Source: Lama guanicoe
Lineage: Eukaryota
Length of the DNA stretch: 64,000 nt
Reading direction: 5' to 3'
NCBI GenBank assembly: GCA_013239625.1
Contig: MU056960.1
Location: 2,472,642 to 2,536,641 of the forward strand
In this document: positions 52,870 through 64,000 of the stretch, piece after piece
How the letters are laid out: each line of letters starts with the position of its first letter
How positions within the stretch are numbered: the first letter of the stretch is position 1
Notes under the pieces: generated by a model
The model's input: the letters and a program-made list of their open reading frames with translations, nothing else
What the model was told of the DNA's origin: nothing
The model's database searches: none
Made by a program: the position numbers and the translations under genes

Positions 52870-53071
52870 GTTTAAGGGAGGCTCGCGCCTACACCCGACC
52901 TGGGACTAACGCTCCCACAGAGGTCCGCCCGGTGGCGTGGTCCGGCCTGGCCTACCGGACCTGCCCGAGCTCCGTCGGCCGCGGCTCTGCTAGGCTCCCG
53001 GCGCCGCCTCCTCCCTGCCCGCCGTAGGCTGCGGCGCTTCTGTGGGTGGGGGAAGGCTGGACTGACGCAGA
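52870..53071 (+). other. LYRM1: Probable LYRM1 non-coding first exon (start approximate; CDS outside window)
   Basis: Donor AGA|gtgagt at 53071/53072 followed by intronic G-runs. The gene identity rests on recalled synteny only. Confidence 0.55.
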
Positions 53072-53744
53072 GTGAGTGTAGAGGATGGAGACGCTGACTC
53101 CTGGCGCGGGAGACTGGGGGGAAAGGGGTTGGCTCCCCAGGGGCAGGGATGGGGTGGGGGTAGGGGCGCGACGTTGCTAGGAGACGAGCCTGTGTGACCC
53201 CAGTCCCGCGAGGGCGGCTCGGTGTCACCGCCACTGGCCTCGGGAACCTGCCACGGAAGCGGCTCGAGGGCCAGGAAGGGGAGGCCTGGTTTGGGGTCCA
53301 TCTGGGACTTCTCTGAATCCTTTGGACCTCCGAATGTGCAAATCCGGGGGCAAGAGGCGTCTGGCTGAGGAAGGTTGACCTAAGGCAGGATACTGAGACT
53401 GTGGAAAATGACAACCAGCTTAATTCTTTTGGTCCGCAAAAGGCGTTGCTCAGTGATTTTTTTATTCGAGTCTGGGAGAAAGTTAAAAAATAAATCAAAG
53501 AAATGCCTCAAAGATAGTAATACCAGGTGAAGTGGTAGAAGATGGGGCAAGAGCCACTCTGAATTGGGTCAGGATGTTCAGAGGAGACCAGGTTTTGCAG
53601 AAAACCGAGAAAAGAGGGAAGCCAGGGAATGAGCTTTCTAGGTGGAGAAAAGATCCAACGGGAAGGGATCTGAGGAAGGAAACGCCAGGTACCTGGAGCA
53701 GAAAGGAAAGAACTAGAGCCAGCGTGGTCTGTGATGGAGAAGTG

Positions 53745-54285
53745 GCAGCTTCTGATCAACCAGAGCCTTTTAGCCCAAGGGGAGGGTTTTAAGAAGGAGT
53801 GACCAGACCTGATTTATATTTTTAGAAAATCATTCTTAGTTACTGCATAGAGAAGGATAGAAGTATTCAGACCTATTAGGAAGCTGTTGCAGTAGGCAGA
53901 GGGAGACGTGACAGTGGAAATGGAGAGAATTAAATTCAGAGTTTATACTGCAAGTAGAGCTTGCAGGGCTTACTGCCAAATTGAATGTGAAGTGTATGGG
54001 AAAGGGAGAAACCAAGGATGACTCGTAAGAGAAAGCAATTTGAAAAGACTATTCTTTTGAACATACTAGTTTGAGGATGTCTATTAACCATCCAGGTAAA
54101 GATGTGGAGAAGTTAGATATCTTAAGTCAGGGGAAAACTCAGAGAGAGAATAAATTTAGCAGTTTATTTCTGAATCACATAAAAAGAGGATGCAGATGAA
54201 GAAGAGGGCCCCTAAACTCTTTGGGAGTCTTTACCTTTGGAGATGATCCAGAGAAGGAAAAGCTAGCAAAGGAGACTTAACACAA
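53745..54285 (-). mobile_element. L2 fragment (antisense)
   Basis: gggttttaagaaggagtgaccagacctgatttat...ttaggaagctgttgcagta...ccaaggatgactc...ttttgaacatactagtttgag. Confidence 0.8.
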
Positions 54286-54815
54286 ACAAGGCCTTAAAAA
54301 AGGAGGACCCATAATATCCTAGAATAGTGGGACCTACCCTCATAATCAGCAAGACTCATCCTTAAGGCCTGGCCCAAATCTCTTCCCTCCTTTCCTCTTC
54401 CAGTTGGCCATGCTTTGGGACTCCTGCTTAGGTGATTTGTGTTCATTATAGCAAGCCTGACGTTGCTTATTAATTATTTATAGGTTTGAGACATTCTCAC
54501 CACTCCCACCCCCAGAACTATTTCTTCTTTGTGCCCTGCTGGCTTCCAGTACAGAGCCTTGCCCATAGGGCCCAACATGTAGGAACACTGTGTCCATAAT
54601 ACATCAACCATGGACTTCAACAGCTTCTGACAAAGGGACATTTGTCTCTGCTGCTGCTGCTGCTACTACCTCCACCACTAGATATGGTTGATCTTATAAA
54701 ATAAAGGGTATCAGAAGAATCAGAAGGCTTGGGGTTCAATCCTGGATCTGCTACGGACTAGCAGAGTGGCCTTGGTTAAGGCCCTTTTCTCTGAGTTTAA
54801 GAGGTGGGCCTAGAT

Positions 54816-55072
54816 TACAGATTACAAACTGGCAAGAGATGTTGCTTGCAAACATGGTTTGGTCCACAAATTGATTTAAATTCTTCTTTAAAATTTACTT
54901 GCCAACATTTAAAAATTGGATATCAAAACCCAGATTTTCAGCTTCATTTGAAAAATGGGACAATCTGGCAACACCAGCCTGAGGTTCCTGCACAATAGTC
55001 AGCTGGAGCCCAGGAGAGTCTTCCTTCATTTACCTGCCTGACCCCCTGTGGGCATTTGATTTGCAATTGTTG
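54816..55072 (-). mobile_element. MER102-like hAT-Charlie MITE
   Basis: catttacctgcctgaccccctgtgggcatttgatttgcaa end; flanks gcctagat / gtctaaat resemble an 8-bp target site duplication. Confidence 0.72.
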
Positions 55073-55082
55073 GTCTAAATCT

Positions 55083-55287
55083 CTGCTGCCGATATGTAGC
55101 CACAAGCTCCAGGATACCTAGCCACAAGCTCTACGCAGCTATTTGAATTTAAATAAAATTTAAAATGTGGTTCCTCAGATGCATACTTCAGGTGACCAAT
55201 AGCTGCATGTGGCCAGTGGCTATCCTGTTGGGCAGTGAGAATATAGAATATTTACATCATTGGAGCACATTCTCTTGGTCAGTATTG
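55083..55287 (-). mobile_element. MER3-like hAT-Charlie MITE
   Basis: tagccac...ttaaaatgtggttcctcag...caatagctgcatgtggccagtggctatcctgttgggcag...atagaatatttacatcat. Confidence 0.75.
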
Positions 55288-56814
55288 GACTGGAGGCACT
55301 TGAAGTTACTCTGGGTGCCAATCATTCTGCACATGTAAAGATGGACAGTCATTGCTCCTGCTCTCAAGGAACTTTGTCTAGTCAGGAGCTCCCGTGCCTA
55401 TGCAGATGAGGAATGTTGCTCACCGGGTAGTTAGAGGGTACTTGGAAACTGTCGTGAAGGCAAAGACCATCTGTGCACAGTTAGGGTTATAGATCAGATG
55501 GGTGGATTAAGGGTTAAATGTATCTGATGTTTTAACTAGAGCCCTTTTATCTGTTTCCAATCTGGGTAGTTATGAATGAATGAATGAATGACAGATTGAT
55601 CTTTAGCCTTGACCTAGTTTTCACTCATTGCCAGTGCGCGCACACACACACACACACCCCCACACACCCCACACACACCCCACATCCCCCCCCTCCTACT
55701 TCTGGTAACTGGTTCTCACCACTTCTGATTGCCCCTTACCTTGTCTTCATCTCATGGAATATGCTGATAAGGAAACAGATACTTCCATTTCTTTTAAGTT
55801 GAGGGACTGAAACTTGGTTTCCATTTAGAATTTCTGTACCTGAAGGGGCAAATAGCTGTATATCTCTGGGTTACAATAGCCTGATTGGAAGTGCAGGTAC
55901 AATCTTGCGTGTGCTCCTGTGCTGATATATTTAGAGTGAATGTACTTGCCTTATATCATCTTGTATGGGATAGTTTAGAAACCTTTGAGACATAAATATT
56001 TTTGGTTTTTCCCTATATTCTGAAGATTTCCCATGTTACAGAGCCTAACCTAATTTCTTTTCCTTTAGGTAAGATAAAAATATGATCTACCCTCTCCTCC
56101 CTGGCCCCTATATGACACACCGTGTTGTCACTTTCTGTGTAAAAAGATACTGTTTCAGACAATAGCCGTGGTATGATTCAGTACACCACACAAGCAAATC
56201 CTGAGATTTGCAAAACAGCATGTGGTATTATACTTCCCTTTTTGGGTTCTGGTAACCCAAAACTGATTCCAGGTCAGGAAACAAGTTCATGCGGTATGTG
56301 TGTGGCAGAGGGAGGGGGCACACAGTTGAGCCTGAAGGCTTTTCAGTTTAGGTAAGGATGGTACTGTGTAGGATATGGGTGTACACCAGAAAGCAGGGAA
56401 GAGTAAAAGCACGGAAGGATAAGCAAGGAGTAAGAGATAAGGGAAGAAGAATAGGAAGGGAAGCTTGGTCATGCCTTTGGTGTTGGCACCTACATTGTAT
56501 TTCCAGTAAGAAGTATGCACTGTGGTCTGAAGATAAGCGATGCCTCCAACAGGGTTATTTACTCATACTGAAGAACAATAGCCCTTTACTATACAGGGAT
56601 TATTAATGATCAGAGGGAAACAGCTTTAGGAAAATCCATTACTACCACAAAGCAGTAAATTCACCAACAGGCAACACATTTCTTTCCCTCTTCTGCAGAC
56701 AAAGCTTAGCACAGATAAAAAGAGGCCTCATTGTTCCTCCTTTATTTCCTCCTATTCAGGTAACATTTGCCTTTGTTAACTCCGAATGCTAAGTGATTTA
56801 AATGGATTATCATG

Positions 56815-56960
56815 AACGATCCTTACAGCATCTCTTTGAAGAATGTTCTGTCGTTACCCCATTTAGGAAACTGAGGCTCAGGAAGATTAATAACTTGCCC
56901 AAAGCGGTGAAGTCAGGACTCAAACCGAGATCACTCCACAGCCCACTAGTTCATTGTATT
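56815..56960 (-). mobile_element. MIR SINE (antisense)
   Basis: ggaaactgaggctcaggaagattaataacttgcccaa...caggactcaaacc. Confidence 0.75.
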
Positions 56961-58002
56961 GTATCTCCTGTTCCTTACATGTGAGGAAAAACTTTGAATG
57001 CCTAAAACCAAGGTAGTCACTCTCTACTCTGCTATCTAAGGCAAGAGAATGTTTGGTTTGGCATTATAGGAACACTTTAATTTCCTGAAGTTTTTCCAAA
57101 TGACAAAAGCTTTAAATTATGATTTTCTGGGTTGGTTTTGACCCCTAGTCATCTGAGTGCAATGGACCTTATTCCCCTAAAGGATTGTTTTTCAAGAAAA
57201 TAAGTATCAGAACTCCATTTTGCTATATATTTGGTTTTAAGCTTCATGAGAACATAGTATATCATTTCAGTCCACTGGGAAAAAACCAAAAAAACCTAAT
57301 TGGCCTTAAAAGAACTTGAGGGTGAGGGTTATATTATAGCTGTGTGTACTGCCCTAGGAAGTGATAAGGCCGCCTCCAGATAACACAAGTCTTCGTTTCT
57401 TTATCCTGACACCCACAGTGCCAGTCTTGTAAACATCATTGTGAGGCTTAATTTGTATTTTTAAATGCTCTAGGGTCTTCAGATGGGAATCCTGGTCCAA
57501 ATACCACTGCATGTATCTCAGGATGAGAATGAAAATTACTGGTGACTATTCTATGTGGGTAGTTTTTTCCTTCTAACAAATATATTTCAAGCTCCAACTC
57601 TGTGCCAGCCCTAGGAGTGTACTCACTGAGACATGGTCCCAAACTTCCATCTCTTTCCCAGTCCCGAAACACACACAGTGGAGGAAGAAAAGTCAGTCTG
57701 GCAGAAAATCACAGTAGAGTACAATGAACATTATGATCGGGATATAGCAGGGATGCTGGCCCAGTGTGAAGAAGGCACCCCTCAAAAAGGGATGGAAGCC
57801 AAAAGATGAGAATCAGCAGGTAGGCAAAGAAAGGATATTTAAGTTGTGTGAGTTGGGGGCTTCATTTGGCAAAAAGCAGCAGCTCCAGATCTAAGGAGAT
57901 GGGGCAGCAGGACATGGGCTAGGTCTCCACTGGTACACAATGAACACTTAAGACTGATTTCATTGAGTTTCACAATCTCCACTCTCCCCTGACTCCACCA
58001 AA

Positions 58003-58028
58003 ATATATATATATATATATATATATAT
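58003..58028 (+). repeat. (AT)13 microsatellite
   Basis: Seen directly. Confidence 0.95.
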
Positions 58029-58799
58029 CTCACAAAGTAGTTGGGAGAGAAATTTGACTGCATTACATTCATTGTTTTTTATTATTTTTATTTTATTTTA
58101 TTTTTTAAATTTACAACTAGGGGCAGATCTTTAAAGAACAGGAGTCTCCTTCCACCCGGAGCTTGAAAGTCAGTTAATCTTCCTTGCCTGCTCTGTCCCT
58201 TGTTTGTACTGCAACACTTTTTCTTCAGTAGACGGCAAAGCCTCATGGGAGTCCAACATTTGGAATTCTGACATTCCTGAGACCAGAGTCATATTTCTAT
58301 AAATTTCATCTGAGGAGAGGCGATTTTCATCTCTGCTCTTAAACTCCTAAATGTGCATGCGGGGATGGTCTTTCCAAAGGTGGAGGAAAGTTTTCCAAAG
58401 GTGTTTCAAAGTTAGGGAAAACAGTGAAGTGGATGAAATCCCTAGTCCTAGCAAATCTTCCCACAGGCCTTCTGCAAAGCCCAATCTAGACATGCCAAGT
58501 GCCGAGAGACCCTTTCACTATGTTTCGCTCTCAGCAGCATGTGGAAGGGTGAGTGGGTGGTGCCTTTTTTTCTTTTTCTTTCTCTTTTTTTTTTTTAGGA
58601 GCTTGATCACTGCCTATTTCAAGTTCCTATTACTGGCTCCAAAATAAAAACAGGGAAAAGCTTGCAGTCAAGGAAATCATCATCCACCTTTTTTGGCTCT
58701 TAATCCCAGCTCTCCTGTCAGTTAGGTGGCATTAGGCAAGACTCTTCATCTGCAAGACTGGTGGAATCATAAGTACTTACGGTACAGTTTGAAATTCAG

Positions 58800-59295
58800 C
58801 ACATTTCAAAAGATGTAAATCAGACCATGATACTACACTTGCTTAAAGTCTACCAATGTCTTCCTTCTGCTCTCAGACTACAAATCAAAAGCTCCTTTCC
58901 AAGACCCCCAACGTGTCCACCTGTGGCCTCACTTCCCCCGTCAGCTCTCACTGCATTCGCATTGAGGTTGGTTCCCACCTGATAGCCTTTGTTCCTGTTG
59001 TTCTTTCTTCCTGCATCACCTTCCCCTGAACTCTTCCAATTAATAGATTCCTTAACACCATCCAACAGTGAGATCAAATGTCACTGACTACCCAAAAAGA
59101 AAATAACCACCACCCCCACTCACATCGTATTACTGTTTCATTCCTCGAGAGCACATGTCACCATCAGAAATGGTTTTTGCTGTGTATCTGCCTCTGCCAT
59201 TAGGATATGAGCTCTAGAAGGACAGGGACTGTGGCTGCTTGTTTGTCACAGGATGCCTGGAACCACATGTGCCTGGCACATGGGCACTGAAATGA
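58800..59295 (+). mobile_element. L2 3' fragment
   Basis: aaagatgtaaatcagaccatg...tgcttaaa...atatgagctctagaaggacagggac...gtgcctggcacatggg. Confidence 0.8.
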
Positions 59296-59634
59296 GGGCT
59301 GGTGCCTCTTCTATGATGTCAGCTCCCTTTGGCGTGTCAGGGACAGGGCTGCTGCCAGGAAACAGAAGAGCAGAGCAGTCCAGCCAGTTGCACAGCTGCC
59401 TCTAAAGGTACTGGTGTGCAACATCACTACTGAAGAAGGACACTTGGAGGGGAGGGGCAGATGGTATATGGGAAACCTTATAAAAGGGTTATTGCAATTT
59501 ACTCTAAGGTGCAAAAAACATGGTCTTGCTCTTTGTAGGAAGGAAACAGAATTGTTTAGTTCCTTTTGTCAACTGGCTAAACTGTTTAAAGCAATCAACA
59601 GACATTTCAACCTCATTTACTGAGATCGAGCCAC

Positions 59635-59905
59635 CTGTTTAGTGATTTAAAGTTGGGGCTCTGATTTCAGACATCTGGTCTGGTCTGAATCCTGGCTCCA
59701 CCTCTTACTAGCCCTGTGACCTCATGCAAGTTTCTTAACGTCTCTTTGCATCCCGTTCCTCCTTTGTAAAACAGGATAATGTAGTGTCTACCTTATAGAA
59801 TTGTGATGAATAAGGGAGTTAATATATATATGTAAGGTACCTAGAAAGACTAGCACAGAGTAAGTGCAAAGTAGTTGTAGCTATCACTATCACTATCACT
59901 ATCAC
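59635..59905 (+). mobile_element. MIR SINE with a (CTATCA)4 tail
   Basis: tctgaatcctggctccacctcttactagccctgtgacctc...tgtaaaacaggataat...tagcacagagtaagtgc. Confidence 0.82.
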
Positions 59906-62241
59906 TGTTCCTTTAGTGAGCAAAATGCCATCCCCGCCCTCCAGGAATTCAGACTCTAGAAAGGAAAATACGATGAAATTGTTAAAGAGCAATAGCTGGC
60001 TGTGATAGAAGCAGAGAAAAAGGTGCTCCAGAAAAGCTTGAGAGTGAACTGGTGTCCACGAGCTGGTGTGGCCAGCAGAACACAGGCATTCTAAGTGGAA
60101 GGCTCGGCCAGAACAAACACTGTGGCATGACACAGCAGGGTGTCTTAGAGCTGCAACTCTCAATCTTTGGTTTTTCAAGGCTTCACATCACAATATTTAC
60201 TATCATGTACCTATATTTTAAATCAACTTTAAAATTTCTATAATGCATTTATTGAAAGGAAGCTCTGTATCACTACAAAATTGAAATCATTTTCAATCAT
60301 GAGTTTGATGGGCTATTAAAATACATGAAAAGAATCACACTAAGAAAATAAATATTTTATTGTACTTCCAAAAATTACCTCTCCAACCAGTCTTTGGGAC
60401 ACTTGTTTTAGGGGAAACTTACGACTATGACCTGAGGCCAAAACGCCCTAGCAGCAACATTGGCCTTTTCTTAGCGGCACAGGTTGCCCATGGTTGGTGC
60501 TTGGTAATGAGTTTTTTCCTGGTACTGTGTTTATACATGAGGTATGATTTTAAGAAAGGATCCTGTTTCCACTCACAGTTCCTCCCAGACATACTTCATA
60601 TCTCTTATGTTTCCTCATTCTGGGATTTGAGGGTTAAGGAAGTGAAAAGCAGAGTTTGAAGAAATATGGATCTGAGAATAGAAGTTATAAAACTTTAACT
60701 ATAAAAGTTCTGTAAGAAAAGACTATGCAGGCAGTTGCGACTACAGTTCAATGTGGTCCTCTAAACAATTTAATATCCCTGATGATGCCTATGGGAGAAT
60801 CCCAGCAGACCCCACTGCATCAGATCAACCCTTGATACTGGTGAAGAAAGAGAAGGGCTGACACTGCCTTGCATCAGTAGTGAGAGATCATTAACAGTTT
60901 TAGAGGAATAAATGCTGGTTTCAAGCCATTAATTCCATAGGAAGAAAAACTCTTAGGGAAAAGGCACTTTTTCTAAACAAGTTGCTTCCTAGGAACAAAA
61001 ATATGAACCAAAAGGAAAAAATCTTCTTAATTTTTGTTTATATATGGCTGGTTTTGCTTCTAGAATCACAGGTTCTGTAACAGCCACTTGTTGATAATAT
61101 ACAATGGGGAATACAGCCTTAGACTCTGGAAATCTTTGGGACTTCAGTTTTCTGGGTCACCTGATGTTGAGAGAGAAACCATGTATCTCCCTTGCAGGAT
61201 TAGTTTTCAAAACACTTAAACATTAAAAAGTTTTGAAAATAGTCCTAGTAAGTAACAATTGTCCTGCTTGTTACCTTAAGTACCCTAATTGCAGGGTTTG
61301 TGTATTAGAACATGGTATATGATCAGTTACAGTTTGAAGCTGTGGTTCTTAGGGTAGTAGAAAGAAACAAATGAAAGTCAGGCTTTGGAGAAGGTTGCTG
61401 CTGTTTTAATACGCCAGACCTCCTTCACTTTGCCCAAGTGTCAAGCAGTCAAGGAAGTTTCATCTGTTAGCCCCTCACAGGAACTGACTCATGTATTTTC
61501 ATATGAAACCATGGAGTTTTAGGGAAAGCCAGAAACTCAGATCTGTTTCCTTACCAGGAAAATTATCAAGTCATCTGGGGTTTTATTACAATCAACCACA
61601 AAGCATGATGATCTCTCTTGGTTTGTATGAGTCCCTTTTAAGCATTTTTTTCCTGTGAGGTATAACAGATGTGAGAATTGCTCTTGAATATAACTTCAGT
61701 CCTTTTAACTTCTTAATTGGATGAAGTAGTGGTTTCAAGCTTTCCGTCAAATGACTAAGCCTTGGATCATTCCTCGTTGCGTAAGAAAGGTCACCAGGGT
61801 CAGGGTAAGTAGGAGGGCACTCAAACTCAAAAGAGTGATTCTCTGTAAGGTGAATTTCTTTCAAGTACTTAGAATTTCTAGATAAACATAGTTTCTTCCA
61901 GCTCCCATGCTTTCTTTAGCTGCCCAAATTTCTCATAAGTTTGGGATCACCCCAAAGCATACAATCTCCATGTACTACCCCTTCCCCTTGGGTTGGAAAT
62001 GAGTCTTGTTCTCAAAGGGCAATGAGCAGCCTACTTCTTGATCCACGTGAACCATTTGAGGAAAGTCCGGACTCATGATAAGACATCGTAGTGCTTGGCC
62101 CGGATACTCACTCACCAGATCTGTCCTCATCTTTCCAGGCTGCTTGCTTTGTTAAAGGCACTACAGTCTTCAATCTCCTAAACCTAATTAATCACAATCC
62201 TCCAGTAGTGGGATTTCTTTTTCTTTCTTCCTTGAATTTCC

Positions 62242-62372
62242 TTTATTTTTAAAATCATTTTTAATTGAGGTATAGTTGATTTACAATTTTATATTAGTTT
62301 CAGATATACAACATAGTGATTCAAAATTATTATGGATTTATACTGCATTTAAAATTATTATAAAATATTAAC
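62242..62372 (-). mobile_element. 3' terminus of a younger L1, antisense
   Basis: T-rich tail then aattgaggtatagttgatttacaat...tattagtttcagatatacaacatagtgattc, typical of laurasiatherian/cetartiodactyl L1 3' ends. Confidence 0.8.
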
Positions 62373-63081
62373 AAGTGACAGACACCACCACAGAGGGCAG
62401 TCTCCGATGGACATCTCCTGTGGAGGAATACTCAGCGGCTCCTCTTCCAGCAGAAGCACCCCAGTCCCACCTACCACACACCGCGGTTCAGAAACCCGTG
62501 TGGAAGCCTTTATTCCAACGACAGGGGAACAAACCTGGCCCCTTTCAGGGCTGTGATGAGCAAAGAGGAAGCCCTACTCAACAACTGGGACTGTATAAAA
62601 AGATTATGCAGGCAGTTAAAACTACAATATGCTGCCTACAAGAGACCCACTTTAGGGTGAAGGACACATAGATTGAAGGTGAGAGGATGGAAAAAGATAT
62701 GTCATACAAATGGAAATGACAAGAAAGAGGGGGTAGCAATCTTCATATCAGACAAAACTGACTTTAAAACAAAGGCCATAAAGAAAGATAAAGGACACTG
62801 TATTATGATAAAAGGAACAATACAAGAAGAGGATATTAACTCATTAACTCCTCAACAGAGGAGGACCTAAATATATAAAACAAATACTAACAGACATAAA
62901 GGGAGAAATTGATGGGAACACAATAATAGTCAGAGACTTTAACACCCCACTAACATCACTGGACAGATCTTCCAGATAAAAAAATCAACAACGCAATGGA
63001 GATACTAAATGACACACAGAACAGTTAATTGACATTTTTAGGATATTACATCCCAAAAAAGCAGAATATACATTCTTTTCG
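62373..63081 (+). mobile_element. L1 sense fragment: GC-richer 5'UTR-like piece fused to a degenerate ORF2 endonuclease region
   Basis: ORF-track peptides TICCLQETHFRVKDT and KVRGWKKICHTNGNDKKEGVAIFISDKTDFKTK are the L1 APE endonuclease, with stops and frameshifts. The 5'UTR identity of 62373-62595 is by recognition only. Confidence 0.85.
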
Positions 63082-64000
63082 ATGGCAGGTTCTCTAGGAT
63101 GGATTCCTTTCTCTTTACTGGTGTGTGTACTATTCTAGATTTTGGGTTGTGGTTACCGTGAGATTTATATATAGTAATCTATCTATATATCTATTACGGT
63201 TTTTTTTAAGTTACTGATCTCTTAATTGCAGACGCATTTAACCACCCTGCATGTTTACTCCCCACCCCTCGTGATTACTGTTTTTGACACCACATTTTAC
63301 ATCCTTTTGCTCTGTGTATCCCTTACCCACTTATTACAGATACGGATGATTTTATTGCTTTCGTCTTTTAACCTTCCTCCTAGCTTTGTACATGGCTGAC
63401 TTACTGCCTTTACTGTATATTTGCCTTCACACATGAGCTTTTCCCTTTTATAATTTTCATGTTTCTAGTTGTGGCCTTTTCTTTTTGACGTAGTGCAGTC
63501 CCTTCAGCGTTTCTGGTAAAGATGTTTTGGTTGTGCTGACCTCTTTCAGCTTTTGCTTGTCTGTAAAACTTTTGAGCTTTCCATCAAATCTGAATAAAAG
63601 CCTTGCCAGGTAGCGTGTTCTTGGTTGTAGGTTTTCCCCTTTCATCGCTCTAAGTGTACTATGCCTCTCCTTTCCGGCCAGCAGAGTTTCTGCTGAAGTG
63701 TCAGTGGATGGCCTTACATTAGGCCCCTTGTATATAACTTGTTGCTTTTCCCTTGCTGCTTTTAATACTCCCTCCTTATCTTTAATTTTTGTCATTTTAA
63801 TTACAGTGTATCTTGCTGTGACCCTCCTTGTGTTGATCCTATTTGGGACTCTCTGTGCTTCCTATACCTGGATGTCTATTTTCTTTCCCAAGTCAGGGAA
63901 ATTTTCAGCTATTATGTCTTCCGTTATGTTCTATGCCCCTTTTTCTCTCTCTTCTTTTAGGACACCTATGCTGTGACTGTTAGAACACTTGATATTTTCC
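63082..64000 (-). mobile_element. L1 ORF1 3' part plus inter-ORF region, antisense, running off the window
   Basis: ORF 63457..63795 (-) KIKDKEGVLKAAREKQQVIYKG...LQPRTRYLARLLFRFDGKLKSFTDKQKLKE is the L1 ORF1p RRM/CTD region. Confidence 0.92.

Larger units (their letters stand above)
52518..53290. promoter_or_regulatory. CpG-island bidirectional promoter (DCUN1D3 on -, LYRM1 on +)
   Basis: Dense CpG. GC box ccccgcccc ~52551, ETS/GABPA ACTTCCGG 52582-52589, double CRE half-site palindrome CGTCATGACG 52661-52670, octamer-like ATGCAAAG 52672-52679 and TATA-like TATAAG 52840-52845. Confidence 0.85.

Noticed and set aside
52872-53498. 208-aa ORF on - across the CpG island
   Set aside because: Pro/Arg/Ala-rich translation typical of stop-poor GC-rich DNA; no family similarity recognised.
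60779-60862. C/D-box-like pair (TGATGA ... CTGA) about 80 nt apart
   Set aside because: No terminal stem and no recognisable guide; likely chance.
61592-61864. 90-aa ORF on - with protein-like composition
   Set aside because: Non-ATG start and no homology that I can recognise; a tBLASTn search would be needed.
62375-62870. ORFs 62375..62671 and 62673..62870 as a host gene or LYRM1 exon
   Set aside because: They translate to degenerate L1 ORF2 endonuclease; no LYR motif peptide is present in the window.

Overview
Mammalian (eutherian) genomic DNA, syntenic with the human REXO5-DCUN1D3-LYRM1 cluster as I recall it. (1) On + are the last nine coding exons of REXO5/NEF-sp (272-11464), an RNA exonuclease with two RRMs. 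All splice phases are consistent and the poly(A) signal is at 11642. (2) On - is DCUN1D3 (DCN1-like neddylation E3). Non-coding exon 1 lies at ~52.5 kb, the CDS is 24051-23593 plus 22020-21537 (partly in an N gap), and the long 3'UTR has candidate poly(A) signals at 19809 and 16860. (3) A CpG-island bidirectional promoter at ~52.5-53.3 kb probably also drives LYRM1 on +, whose coding exons lie beyond the window. The rest is intronic or intergenic DNA rich in ancient repeats: MIR, L2, L1M, hAT-Charlie MITEs and solo MaLR/MER21 LTRs. A rearranged L1 composite sits at the right end. I see no young SINEs (Alu, B1/B2, Bov-tA, PRE1, SINEC, ERE), which tentatively suggests a camelid-like genome. There are four N gaps. 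I found no convincing novel gene system. The best second-look items are: a cluster of recursive-splice-like AG|GT sites in the putative LYRM1 intron 1; abnormally CpG-rich ancient repeats in DCUN1D3 intron 2; uORFs and alternative polyadenylation of DCUN1D3; repeated hAT insertion at the same point of MIR elements; and an inverted, internally deleted L1. Gene names, repeat subfamilies and repeat boundaries come from recognition by eye, not from database searches.
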